From the NCBI GenBank assembly GCA_965218795.1, contig OZ244653.1:480001-544000 (forward strand): 64,000 nt of DNA, written 5' to 3'. This stretch comes from a bacterium (lineage in GTDB: Bacteria > UBA8248 > JACPRG01 > G963555815). Each line of letters begins with the position of its first letter. The stretch's first letter is position 1. Made by a program: the position numbers and the translations under genes. Shown here one piece after another: positions 19,923 to 29,954 of this stretch. Below the pieces are notes generated by a model. The model saw only the letters and a list, made by a program, of their open reading frames with translations, was not told the DNA's origin and searched no databases.

Positions 19923-20897
19923 GTGGACAATGTAGAATGGAGTTGGAACGAGAAGGCTCATCCAATGACCGTGAATGCAATGTTGAATTGTGTCACGGAA
20001 CTCGCGACAGCTGCGCAACGATTCCCAATGGCAACGAAGCAATCTGACGAGAGCACCGCTCTACTTCTCCTGCAAACAGCGGTTAGGCAGATGTCGGTCC
20101 CTATACGAAAGCTCTGCTTGGACGGAAAGGGTGATCTTCTTCAGAGAACAATTGGAAACCCGCATTTCTTACCGATGGGCGGAGAAAAAGGGAATTTTAG
20201 CAAGGCAACAATGAAATGGAGGACCCAACGCCACGAGTGGGTTTTGGGTTACGAGGGGGGCAGAAAAGAAGAAGTGATTGTTCCGGAAACCGAGCACGAA
20301 ATAGAGATTGGGAGATTGTACGGGATTGAGTTTCAAGAAGATGGATGGTGCCAAATAAGGAGTCCGTTCGATCAAACAGGAAGCGGGGTCGATATGGACA
20401 CGTGGCTAGAGACGAAAATTTTGCAGGTGAATTCGATTGGCTATACAGTAAGGGATGCACTGAAGTTGGTGGCGGACTTTGAGGGAGCACATACTAACGA
20501 CCAATTGCCTGCATTTGCAGCGGTTAGGGTCAAACCGGATGACTTTGATAAAGGAGCGAGAAAGCGCTACAGGATGGCAAACTGCGTCTATTTCGGGTGC
20601 TTGTCCTATATTCAACTGATGGTAATTTATGCAGGTCTGTACGTTATTCGGAAGATGCAAAAGTTGATTCAAGAACGTCCTCTTTGCAAGAACGGAGTCA
20701 ACGTGGCTGCTGTCGCCGAGATAATTGCCGCGGTTGAGTCGGATTTGTCAGCGCGCAGCCGAATAGTGAATGGTTGTCACGAAATGATTGTTGTTGGGAA
20801 GTCTAACGTGTCAGGTGCGGAGCGCAAGAAAACCATCTATCGGATATGGTCCGGTTGTGAAGAGTGGGACAAACCCGTTGCAACGTCGAAGCCCTGA
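19923..20897 (+). CDS. Hypothetical protein (low GC)
   Basis: 324-aa ORF with natural composition; no family recognised; start uncertain. Confidence 0.6.
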   Translation: MDNVEWSWNEKAHPMTVNAMLNCVTELATAAQRFPMATKQSDESTALLLLQTAVRQMSVPIRKLCLDGKGDLLQRTIGNPHFLPMGGEKGNFSKATMKWRTQRHEWVLGYEGGRKEEVIVPETEHEIEIGRLYGIEFQEDGWCQIRSPFDQTGSGVDMDTWLETKILQVNSIGYTVRDALKLVADFEGAHTNDQLPAFAAVRVKPDDFDKGARKRYRMANCVYFGCLSYIQLMVIYAGLYVIRKMQKLIQERPLCKNGVNVAAVAEIIAAVESDLSARSRIVNGCHEMIVVGKSNVSGAERKKTIYRIWSGCEEWDKPVATSKP

Positions 20898-20970
20898 ATC
20901 GGTGCGGTCAGTGGCACGCAGGTCTGACGCTCCTTTTTCGACGCGTCCCGGCAAAGTTGGGCAGTAGCGC

Positions 20971-21190
20971 TTACGGCATACTCCACAATCGGGACATTGG
21001 AACTGCATGGAAACGATCGCCAAAGGGGATGCTGATTTCGCCATCATACAGCACTATGCCACGTACGAAGCGGTTGCCGACTGCCTTTTCGAGTTTGCGC
21101 AACCCACGCAAGTCAGTCGAATTCACTGTGGCCGCTGCCTTGATCTCAACGCCGGCGACGGCACCAGACATCTGCTCGATGACAATATCT
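20971..21190 (-). pseudogene. C-terminal fragment of AAA/DUF4143 protein
   Basis: DIVIE...GVEIKAAATVNSTDLRGLRKL...FVRGIVLYDG. Confidence 0.7.
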
Positions 21191-21683
21191 CAAATAACTT
21201 GCGATGCTTAGCTGTCGCCGTCATACGGTTTAGCGCAAGGGCAACGTCCGCGCCTCGCGCTGCGTTCTTTCAAGTCGGTCCACGTTGCCATGAACGCGTT
21301 GTGCCGCCCCGGGTCACCAGCATCAGCTTGTCCCTGCCGCGCTGCATCGGGTTCGGGTCGGCTTGTGCCCATTGCCGCCACCAGCAAAGCGCTACGAAGT
21401 CCGCAGGTAAGCCCGATGCGGTCACTTGCACGTTGCTCTTGCAAGAGATGGCGAGGTGCTGCTGATCGTCCTGCGACGTCGTAGCCGTCAACAGGATATC
21501 GTCGATGGCCCAGCCAAGGGCTTCGACCTGCATTGGGAGCAGTGTTCCGGTACCCTCGACACCAGGAAGCGGCTGACCGGTGAGCACCTTTAAGAGAATC
21601 CAGGCAGCGACATGATCCTCGAAATCGAATCCGGATCCCGCCGTCGATCGCGTGGTGCTCGGTCCTGCCGTTTTATTCTTCAT
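21191..21683 (-). pseudogene. N-terminal nuclease-like domain of a truncated large (probably STAND) protein
   Basis: STAGSGFDFEDHVAAW...Q....GWAIDDILL...LAISCKS; frameshifts near 21310 and then fuses to the DUF4143 fragment. Confidence 0.55.
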
Positions 21684-21895
21684 CTTCTTCAGGGGCTTCT
21701 TCGTCCCCGGTTAGCGGCTGTTCTCGAAACGCTCGTCATGACGGGAACAACATTATAGTCGCGATACTCCTAGATCATGAGCTACAGACGCCAATGCCAA
21801 CAGTGGTTCAAACAACGGACAGTGGCCTTTGCCAGAAAGTGAAAACGCCAAGACAAAGCCACCAAGACTCCGGACATCGGCATTCGTCCCCGGCA

Positions 21896-22089
21896 TTATT
21901 TTCCTCCCCGCTTCGTTTGTCCGGCGGACTGCCGCTCGATCCACTTGTCGATCTCGGTGCGCCGGAACCGCTAGGCCCCGCCAACCTTGAAGCCGGGGGC
22001 CTTACCATCGGCGGCATGCGATATGCCGTCTTCTCGGCAAGCTTCAGGTATTCGACCACCTCGCGAATTGTCATGATGTCGTTATCCAT
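21896..22089 (-). pseudogene. Excisionase/HTH_17-type regulator with frameshift and nonsense codon
   Basis: MTIREVVEYLKLAEKTAYR, then shifted ADGKAPGFKVGGA*RFRRTEIDKWIE. Confidence 0.75.
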
Positions 22090-22536
22090 GCCGCTCCCCA
22101 TCGGGCTATCGTCTCTCGCATCCAGGTGAGTGATCGCCGGTAGTCGTGAAGACTTCCCCAAGACCGGATGCCCGGTAGTGGTCCCTGGCAGAGCGAAGAT
22201 CCACGGCTGAAACTTGGCCGCCCGAGGCGGGGACAGACGAACGTTGAACGTGTAACGGCCGGCCCGCTGTCGGTCACCGCGTCTGCCCGCAGGTCTCCCA
22301 AGCCCAGCCTCCAACGCCTACCGAATCCTTTCGACAAACGCGGTCAATAGCACCGGGCCGGACCGCAGTTCGTCCGTTCGGCACATACGTATGGCCGGGC
22401 GCCCGCCAGATTGTTTTCTTAGACCCGCAGTGCGCCGCCGAGAGGCCGAGTCGGGCCGGGAAGGGGACGGCGGACGGATGTCCCACGGGAGGGCGTCGCC
22501 GCCTCTCTCAACCATCCACCCGAAGGAGACGGCGCC

Positions 22537-22854
22537 ATGCACACGGTCCAGACCCATCCCGGCAACGCAAGCACCTTCCTCACCCACCTGTTCGGCCAAG
22601 GTCTCGATGACGACCGCTACGTGGTCGAGCGCTTCCGGTCCATGGCCGACGGCGACATCCGGCCCCTGCGCGCCGGGGGTACGAGGACCAAGAACCAGGC
22701 CAAGGCGGCGGGGACGGTCTTGTCCCGGCAGGCGGTCCGGAAGATGCGGCCCGCGCGGGACGAGATCATCATTGCAACCGGAATTAGCCTCCGGAACTCC
22801 GGGGTCCAGTACTGGGGCGAATCTGTCGTGTGGCGGAACATGTTGCAGCGATGA
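22537..22854 (+). CDS. Hypothetical protein
   Basis: AAGGAG RBS before ATG; 105 aa. Confidence 0.55.
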   Translation: MHTVQTHPGNASTFLTHLFGQGLDDDRYVVERFRSMADGDIRPLRAGGTRTKNQAKAAGTVLSRQAVRKMRPARDEIIIATGISLRNSGVQYWGESVVWRNMLQR

Positions 22855-22932
22855 TCGACGTTCTCAGGGGACGTCCTGCCGGCCACCCGCCGGCCGGATG
22901 TCCTTCGTCCCGATTCCAACCGCATGGAGGAC

Positions 22933-23745
22933 ATGCCGGTGCCCTACAAAGACCGCGACAAGGCACGCGAGCATGGCCGGGAACGCTACCGCAGGCTCAC
23001 CAAGGAGCGCCTCGCCAGCGGTATGTGCCTCAAATGCGGAAGAGATCCCCTTCCTCCCGGCCGCAGCCTGTGCCATGCCTGCGGCGAGAAGAAGCGCAAG
23101 GCCGAGCGCGCCCGGTACGCCAGGGCCAAGGCCGAAGGCAGGCTCTATGGCGGCCGGGATCCCAAGTCTCGCCGAAGGATCGGGCGGGAGAGAAGCAGGA
23201 AGCGTCTGCGAGCACATCGAGATGCCGGCCTTTGCACGCGATGCGGTCGCCGTTCTCCCGTAGAGGGCGGGGCGACCTGCCGGGCTTGCCGTGACGCCCG
23301 GCAGGCGGCCGAACGGGAGCAGTATGCCGGCCGGCGGGCCGAGGGCCGGTGCGGCAGGTGCGGAAGACATGCCCTTAACCATGCCTCGCGCTGCAGTCCC
23401 TGCGCTACTCTCGAGGCCGGGCGCCTTCCACGGAAGAACGCGGCCGGCCGAAGGCGCTACACCCAAAGGAGAGAGAGCTGGCGTTGCACGGACTGCGGCG
23501 AGCCTTCTCAGGGGGCGGCGCGGTGCGTATCGTGCGCGCATCGGTCCTGGGTGCGGTCGGGCCAGCACCGGGGTCTTCCGATCCTTCCGCCGCGCTACAC
23601 CGTGATCGAGGTCGCCACGGGCGAGGACCACGGGACCTGGGACAGCTGGGAGGAGGTGGCCATGTGCCTGGCCTTCGCAAGGCTGTCCCACGATCAGGTG
23701 GAGATCATCAGCGATATTTCGGTGATGGCGTCTTTTACGGGGTAG
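22933..23745 (+). CDS. Arg-rich protein with four CxxC...CxxC zinc-finger-like repeats
   Basis: CLKC/CHAC, CTRC/CRAC, CGRC/CSPC, CTDC/CVSC; GGAGG at 22926. Confidence 0.75.
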   Translation: MPVPYKDRDKAREHGRERYRRLTKERLASGMCLKCGRDPLPPGRSLCHACGEKKRKAERARYARAKAEGRLYGGRDPKSRRRIGRERSRKRLRAHRDAGLCTRCGRRSPVEGGATCRACRDARQAAEREQYAGRRAEGRCGRCGRHALNHASRCSPCATLEAGRLPRKNAAGRRRYTQRRESWRCTDCGEPSQGAARCVSCAHRSWVRSGQHRGLPILPPRYTVIEVATGEDHGTWDSWEEVAMCLAFARLSHDQVEIISDISVMASFTG

Positions 23746-23957
23746 CCATAGGCGTTCGGCGGCGGACCCGCGAACGGGCGCTTATCCGTATTGCCGGCCT
23801 GCCGTCCGCCAGCGGGGGGACTATCACCCACGCCCCCCGGCGCACCGGACAACGAGACCGTGCACTGACCCGCCCGCCTTGCTGCGCAGCCGGCCCGACG
23901 TCCTCCGGCCTCAACCCCGCCTCTTGAGCCACCACCACGAGATCCACACCGGAAGGC

Positions 23958-24185
23958 TCAAGACCATCGCGTAGACGGCGATGGCGACCGGGCCGAGCAG
24001 CCCGCCACCAGCGACGCTGCCACCGGCACGAGCGAGCCCACCGACATCAACATCATCGACAGCCACATCCCGGGCCCCGCCTCCGGCGCGAAGCGGAGAG
24101 CGGCGGTCGCGACCACTCCGACGGGCAGCCACAGGAGCGCCAGCGCCCAGAACCCGCGCCGCTTGATGAGTCCCCGGTCGTCCAT
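23958..24185 (-). CDS. Small membrane protein, possibly truncated
   Basis: MDDRGLIKRRGFWALALLWLPVGVVA...; hydrophobic segments continue in a neighbouring frame. Confidence 0.4.
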   Translation of the reverse strand: MDDRGLIKRRGFWALALLWLPVGVVATAALRFAPEAGPGMWLSMMLMSVGSLVPVAASLVAGCSARSPSPSTRWS

Positions 24186-24980
24186 GCGCCTCACCTGACC
24201 CGATTCCCGCACCCCATACAAGCCCGAGCGGGTTCGTGTTCGACGACAGCCGGGCGAGGACGAAGGCCACGCACGGTCTGCGAGCTCCTTCCCGCCGTAG
24301 AGCCAGAGGGAAGCAAGAGCCGGGCGAACGCCCGGCATGGGAGAGGGAGAACCGTCTCCCGGTCCCGATGCCGGAAGCGCCAACCCGGAACAGGAGACCC
24401 GCCCATGCTCGACTGTGACCTCGAACTCGATGTCCCCACCAGTGATGAACTGCTCGCCGAGATCGGCCTCGATGCCCGCACCATCCGAAGGATCCGGACT
24501 GAAGCCGGAGAAGAAGAGGCGCTCTTCTAGGGTGAACCAAGGGGGCCGGAGAGAGAGGCTCTCCCCCCTGTTCCATCACCCGTTGTCATCCACACTCTCA
24601 CACAGAAGGAGAATGATCATGGCTTTCGGACTCAATCGCGCGGAACTGATCGGCCGCCTGGGATCCGACGTCACCGTCAACCACCTCACCAGCGGTGGAC
24701 GCGTGGCCAACCTGTCGATCGCCACCGACGAGGGCTACATCGACAAGCAGACCGGAGACCGGGTCGACAAGACCGAGTGGCACCGGGTGGTGACCTTCCA
24801 GCCCGGGCTGGTGGACATGTTCGAGAAGCACGCGACGAAGGGCCGGCTGGTCTATGTGGCGGGCAAGCTCCAGACCCGTCGCTGGAAGAAGGACGACGAG
24901 GACTCCGACCGGTTCTCGACGGAGATCCTGCTGGTTCCGGGCGGGCGCGTGCAGTTCCTCGACAAGCCCAACGGCTGGAT

Positions 24981-26021
24981 TTACCCCGTTTCAGTGGACA
25001 GTTTATGGCTGTCGTCCCCAGCCCTGAGGTGGGCGACAACCGGTGGACGTAAAGTCTTCTCCCTATCCGATAGATAGGGTGCCCCCGGGGGGTATGTCTT
25101 GACCTTTGGCTCGCCGCTCTGGGAAGCGCCGGGGACGGCTCGAGCCGGACGATGAGCGTTGCGCACTGCACGTGGCGTTTCCTTCGCCGCGGCGCGTTCG
25201 AAGTCGTTGGGGCTGAGGTAACCCAGGGCCGAATGACGACGGCGTGGGTTGTACCAGCCTTCGATGAATTGGAAGATCGCCATGCGCGCTTCGGCCTGGG
25301 TACGGAACGAGCGCCGGTCGATGAGCTCGCACTCCAGCGTGGCAAAGAAGCTCTCGGCCATGGCGTTGTCGAAGCAATCCCCGGCCGACCCGGTCGAGGG
25401 AACCACCCCCATCTGGCGGCACCGCTTGCCGAAGGCGAGCGAAGTGTACTGCGATCCCCTGTCGGAGTGATGCACGACCCCGTCGGGGCGGCGCTGTCCC
25501 AACGCCATGTTCAGCGCCCCGAGCACCAGTTCGGTGCGAAGATGGTGGGTCATGGACCAGCCCACCGCCCGGCGGCTGAACACGTCGAGCACGATGGCCA
25601 GGTACACGAACCCCGTCCAGGTCGGCACGTAGGTCACGTCGGCCACCCAAAGCCGATCCGGCCCATCGGCCTGGAACTGGCGTTCGACCCGGTCCGGGAC
25701 CACACAATGGCTCTGGTCCACGCGCGTAGTGCGCATACCTCGGCGTCGGCTCACCCCGGCCAACCCTGCCTCGCGCATCAGACGAGCCACCCGTTTGCGG
25801 CTCACCCGGCAGCCGCCGGCCATCAGCTCGGCATGGACCCGAGGCGCCCCGTAGGTGCCACCAGATGCCTCGTGGATGGCCCGTATCGTGCCCCCCAACA
25901 CCTCGTCGCGCTTCGCACGAGGAGAACGCCCACGGCCTCGCCACGCGTAGTACCCGCTGGGGGAGACGCCCAGCACCCGGCACATCGTGGCCACCCGATG
26001 ATGGGCCTGATTCGCCTTCAC
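24981..26021 (-). CDS. IS3 OrfB DDE transposase
   Basis: WVADVTYV, VHHSDRGSQY, DNAMAESFF; GTG overlaps the orfA stop. Confidence 0.92.
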   Translation of the reverse strand: MKANQAHHRVATMCRVLGVSPSGYYAWRGRGRSPRAKRDEVLGGTIRAIHEASGGTYGAPRVHAELMAGGCRVSRKRVARLMREAGLAGVSRRRGMRTTRVDQSHCVVPDRVERQFQADGPDRLWVADVTYVPTWTGFVYLAIVLDVFSRRAVGWSMTHHLRTELVLGALNMALGQRRPDGVVHHSDRGSQYTSLAFGKRCRQMGVVPSTGSAGDCFDNAMAESFFATLECELIDRRSFRTQAEARMAIFQFIEGWYNPRRRHSALGYLSPNDFERAAAKETPRAVRNAHRPARAVPGASQSGEPKVKTYPPGAPYLSDREKTLRPPVVAHLRAGDDSHKLSTETG

Positions 26022-26332
26022 GAGCTCGAGGACTTCGCCCGGACCGAGCCGGTCTCCCGAGCGAACCAAGCCGTAGCTTTTGCCAGTATCTCGCGTTCTT
26101 CGCGAAGCTGACGAACCTCTCGACGAAGCCGTCGCAGCTCCTCAAGCTCGGCGCTTGTCAGACCATCCTCACGACGGCCTTCGTCCCGGTCGGCCTGACG
26201 CACCCAGTTGCGAATCGCCGAAGCGGAACACTCGAACTCCCGGGCCAGCTCCCCGGGCGTACGGCCCGAGCGAACCAGCTCGACCATCTGGCGCCGGTAC
26301 TCCGGCGCGTAGGGTGAATGAGTTTTCGCCAT
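26018..26332 (-). CDS. IS3 OrfA (HTH)
   Basis: YAPEYRRQMVELVRSG...LAREF...IRNWVRQ...ELRRLRRE...EREILAKA. Confidence 0.9.
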   Translation of the reverse strand: MAKTHSPYAPEYRRQMVELVRSGRTPGELAREFECSASAIRNWVRQADRDEGRREDGLTSAELEELRRLRREVRQLREEREILAKATAWFARETGSVRAKSSSS

Positions 26333-26487
26333 CGGAACACCTCCTCCGCACAGTCTGAAGGTGTCCACTGAAACAGGTCAACTCCACGGCAACGGCGCGC
26401 CGGTCGCGGGGGCGGAGACGCCGTCCGACGAAGCGCCCATCGACGACATCCCGTTCTGAGCGCGCATTCCGTTTCCTCTCTCTACCT

Positions 26488-26517
26488 GGGCCGGCGCTTC
26501 GCGCGTCGGCCCTTTTT
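26488..26517 (+). terminator. Intrinsic terminator after ssb
   Basis: GGGCCGGCGC-TTCG-CGCGTCGGCCC-TTTTT-type hairpin with T run. Confidence 0.65.
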
Positions 26518-26652
26518 CATGCTGCCCGTTCCGAGACAGCGCCTGTTCGGGCCTCGCGCCAGCGCTACGCGCGGCGCTTCGTCCTCCGGCGCCGGCGAGA
26601 GCGGAGGCCGGCCGGTATCGGGCGTTCCCCGTCCATCCAGAGGAGGCCCGTC

Positions 26653-27660
26653 ATGCCGCCCCCATCGTCCCGTTCCGCATCTCCCGCCGCCGACATCGCC
26701 GCCGCGCTCGGCGCGCGCGCCGAGGCCGTCTGCCGGCGTTACCTGCCCCAGGGCCGCAAGCAGGGCCGGTACTGGGTCGCCGGCGATCTCGAAGGCGCTC
26801 GCGGCCGCTCGCTCTTCGTCCGCCTGCACGGTCCCGGGGTCCCCGGGAAGTGGACCGACGCGGCCACCGGAGAGCACGGCGACCTGCTCGATCTCGTCCG
26901 GCATCGCTCGGGCGCGCCGACGCTTCGCGCGGCGCTCGCCGAGGCCCGGGCCTTCCTCGCCCTGCCGGCTCCGCCGGCGTCGGGCGAGAGCTACGACGCA
27001 ACAGAAGCGGCCCGCCGCCTCTGGCGGCGTTGCCGCCCCATCGACGGCACCCATGCCGAGGCCTATCTCCACGCCCGCGGACTCGTGCGCTGCCGGTTCC
27101 CGGCATTGCGCTTCCATCCCGAGCTTCGCTATCGCGAAGGCTCTTCCCTGCGCCGTTTTCCGGCGCTGGTCGCCGCCGTGACCGGCGACGACGGCGCCAT
27201 CCACGGCGTGCAGCGCACCTGGCTCGATTCGCGCTTGCCCGCCAAGGCGGACGTCGCGGCCCCGCGCAAGGCGCTCGGCCGCATCCACGGACGCGCCGTG
27301 CGCTTCGGCAGGCCCGCCGCCGACGCTTCGCTGATCGTCGGCGAAGGCATCGAGACGGTGGTGTCGATTCTCACCGCGGCGCCCGGGGTCATTTCGGCGG
27401 CCGCGCTCTCGGCCGGAAGCCTCGGCGCCTTCGCTCCGCCTGGCGGCGTCGCGCGCCTCGTCATCGCCCGGGACAACGATTCCGAGGGAGAGCGGGCCGC
27501 CCAACGCCTCGCCCGGCGCTGCGCGCGGGCGGGCGTCGCCGCCCACGTCATCGTCTCCGAATACGGCGACTTCAACGACGACCTCGTTGCACTCGGACCC
27601 GGGGCCCTGGCTCTTCGGCTCGCCGCCCTGTTCCGTACGCCGCAGCGGAGGGGAGAGTGA
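26653..27660 (+). CDS. Toprim-domain (primase-like) protein of conjugative elements
   Basis: GKWTDAATGEHGDLLDL; IVGEGIETVVS; IARDNDSEG; GDFNDDL. Confidence 0.85.
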   Translation: MPPPSSRSASPAADIAAALGARAEAVCRRYLPQGRKQGRYWVAGDLEGARGRSLFVRLHGPGVPGKWTDAATGEHGDLLDLVRHRSGAPTLRAALAEARAFLALPAPPASGESYDATEAARRLWRRCRPIDGTHAEAYLHARGLVRCRFPALRFHPELRYREGSSLRRFPALVAAVTGDDGAIHGVQRTWLDSRLPAKADVAAPRKALGRIHGRAVRFGRPAADASLIVGEGIETVVSILTAAPGVISAAALSAGSLGAFAPPGGVARLVIARDNDSEGERAAQRLARRCARAGVAAHVIVSEYGDFNDDLVALGPGALALRLAALFRTPQRRGE

Positions 27661-28309
27661 AGCGGGAGAGAGGGTGAACGCCGTGAGGAGGGAGAGAGAG
27701 GGCCCCGGGCATCGGCAACACGCAAGGAGAACCGAAATGCAATCCGTTACCTTCAGGAGCATCGCCCGTACGAGTCGAGGGTCTACGACGATGGCAATCT
27801 CGTCGCCAAGGTTGCGGAGCGACTCGTCGATACGCGTCCGTTGCGGTGACGGGCCATGCAGTATGCGGGCGATCCCTTCGGGCCGGGCTCTCCGCTGCAA
27901 TCTCCGCTTGCCGGGCCGGCGCCCGAGACCCGGGTCTCAATTCCGGAACCGCCCAGGGGGTCCGCGCCAATCGCTAACAATATCCCTCTCGACGTGATGG
28001 CCCATTGTCCCACACGTGCTCGCGGCGCCAACCCCCAAGGGGTCCTACTCTCCGCTACGCTCCGTTCCGGCCTTGGCTCGCAAGGCTACGGCGCAAAAGC
28101 GCCTAGGCGCGCCAAGAAACGCGACCGAGGCTCCGCGCTCCCTGCGGTCGCTTGTGCGCCCGCACCACTCGCGCCCCTCGCCGCGCCAGGCCTTGCGGCC
28201 GCGGTGACTTTGCTGCGCGCGCGTGGGCCACTCAACCATCACGTTCGGAGACTCTCTCCGCACAACGAACCATAACGGTTCTCTACACTCAATCCATAAG
28301 GAGAGCATC

Positions 28310-29233
28310 ATGAACGATATCGACAACATCCAAGCGCAAGCGCAGTCCGTCACCGCCACCGTCTGCGACCAGGCGGCTCTCTTCGGCGCTACCCCGGAGC
28401 AAGACGAATTCGACAACCGGGAGCTCTGGGACCCGGAGAACGCCCTCTCCGCCGTCACGGAAGCCTTCCGCATCATGGCACACGGCGTCGCGCCCGACGG
28501 AACGCAACTCGCCGACGAGCGCGAGAGCCTGCTCTGGGGCTTCGTCAACATGCTCGACGCCCAGACCCAGCGCCTCGACCGCGCGGCCGACAGGCTCGTC
28601 CCCGAGATGCGCGACCTCCAGCGCGAGCAGGACGGCTCGGAGTTCAGGTCCCGAGAGCTCGAACTCGTCACCGACCGAACCAAGAACCTCACGGACCGGC
28701 GGGACGCCTTCGAGCAGCTCAGAGACACCGCGGCCGAGGCCTACCGGGTCGAGACCGGAGACCTCTGGCGGCCCCGGCGCGGGTCCCACACCAGCCAGAC
28801 CGGCAAGCTCACTTCGGCCATGATCGATGCCCGCGACTTCCAGCGTGCCCGCAGGGACCGCGAGAACAAGGCCCTCCTGCCCCAGGGAACGCTCGTCGCG
28901 GTGGCAGGCGGCAGGCAGGCCGGCGACGCCGGTACGGTCATCCGGCATCTGGAGAAGCTCAGGGCGAAGTACGACGATGTGGTCCTGGTCCACGGCGGCG
29001 GCCCCGGCGTCGAGCGCATCGCGGCCAAGTGGGCGGACCGCAACGGCGTCCACCAGATCGTCTGCAAGCCCGACTGGGACGCACACGGCAGGGCCGCTCC
29101 CTTCCGGCGCAATGACGAGCTGCTCGATCTCCTCCCCAAGGGCGTCATCGCGTTCCCGGGTTCGGGCATCACGGACAATCTGGTCGACAAGGCGCGCAAG
29201 CTCGGTATCCCGGTCCAGTGCGTCGCCGCCTGA
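28310..29233 (+). CDS. DUF2493 (SLOG/YspA-like) domain protein
   Basis: AAGGAG RBS; VAVAGG...LVHGGGPGVERIAAKWA...PDW..HGRAAPFRRND...IAFPGSG. Confidence 0.85.
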   Translation: MNDIDNIQAQAQSVTATVCDQAALFGATPEQDEFDNRELWDPENALSAVTEAFRIMAHGVAPDGTQLADERESLLWGFVNMLDAQTQRLDRAADRLVPEMRDLQREQDGSEFRSRELELVTDRTKNLTDRRDAFEQLRDTAAEAYRVETGDLWRPRRGSHTSQTGKLTSAMIDARDFQRARRDRENKALLPQGTLVAVAGGRQAGDAGTVIRHLEKLRAKYDDVVLVHGGGPGVERIAAKWADRNGVHQIVCKPDWDAHGRAAPFRRNDELLDLLPKGVIAFPGSGITDNLVDKARKLGIPVQCVAA

Positions 29234-29520
29234 GACGAGCGACCTCGCGGGTCGCATCGCCACCCGGCGGTGCGGCCCGTTCTTCCTTCCCTGCACCGCC
29301 CGCCGCACTTCGCACCGCACCGGTGCGAACCCCACTGCTGACTCCGTCCCGCACCGCTCCATGCACCGTGCTCCGCACGGCCGCCCGCTCAATCGCCGCG
29401 GCGGCTCCCCCGCGCGTCCCGCGCCCGCGGAGATCTTCCCTTCGTTCCTTTTACTGATTTCGGTCTGTTGGACGCCAGTCGGCGTTTCACTCTCACACCT
29501 GACGCATCGCTGATGCCCTC

Positions 29521-29730
29521 GCAAGCCCGCGCGCGCTTGTCTTGCAGTGTCTTGCGCAAACAACGTCAGGGGCCGCCCGGTTGATGTTGGATCGAGCGCA
29601 TGCCGCACCGATACACGTCCTTAACTCATTGATATATAATGACATTTGTCCGGACCGGTATGCGATCGATACACGGCCGCCACCAATCCGGGTGTGCGCG
29701 GGAATGCGCCGGGCCCATAGCGATACACGC
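29521..29730. promoter_or_regulatory. Candidate oriT / relaxosome binding region
   Basis: CAAGC-N8-GCTTG hairpin followed by TCTTGCAGTGTCTTGC, an AT-rich patch, and three CGATACACG direct repeats (29609, 29667, 29721) upstream of an RHH gene. Confidence 0.35.
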
Positions 29731-29954
29731 CAGGATTCCCGGTGTCCGCGGCAATGTCACGATGTTCCCGCCGGGCAATCATGTGCACCGGGATCAAACG
29801 TGATGCCTAGTATCGCTGCCAAGCTGATGTTTCCTGCCTTGCAGGATCGCCATGACATGGGCGGTTCGGTAGTCAAAGGGTTCAGGGTCGCGCTATTTTT
29901 CATCGAAAGCGGCACCGTATCATCACCAATCGGGCAGCAGGAAGGAGCAAGACC

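Larger units (their letters stand above)
24976..26386 (-). mobile_element. Complete IS3-family element (1411 bp)
   Basis: TG...CA ends; IRs TGGATTTACCCCGTTTCAGTGGACA / TGGAGTTGACCTGTTTCAGTGGACA; 4-bp target duplication CGGC (24972-24975, 26387-26390). Confidence 0.93.
24619..26459 (+). pseudogene. ssb: Single-stranded DNA-binding protein split by an IS3 element
   Basis: LNRAELIGRLGSD...TEWHRVV...GKLQTRRW before the IS; NGAPVAGAETPSDEAPIDDIPF* resumes in frame after it. Confidence 0.92.

Noticed and set aside
21753-21896. Possible hsdM N-terminal remnant (MPGTNADVRSLGGFV) after the HTH pseudogene
   Set aside because: Too short to support; context is suggestive only.
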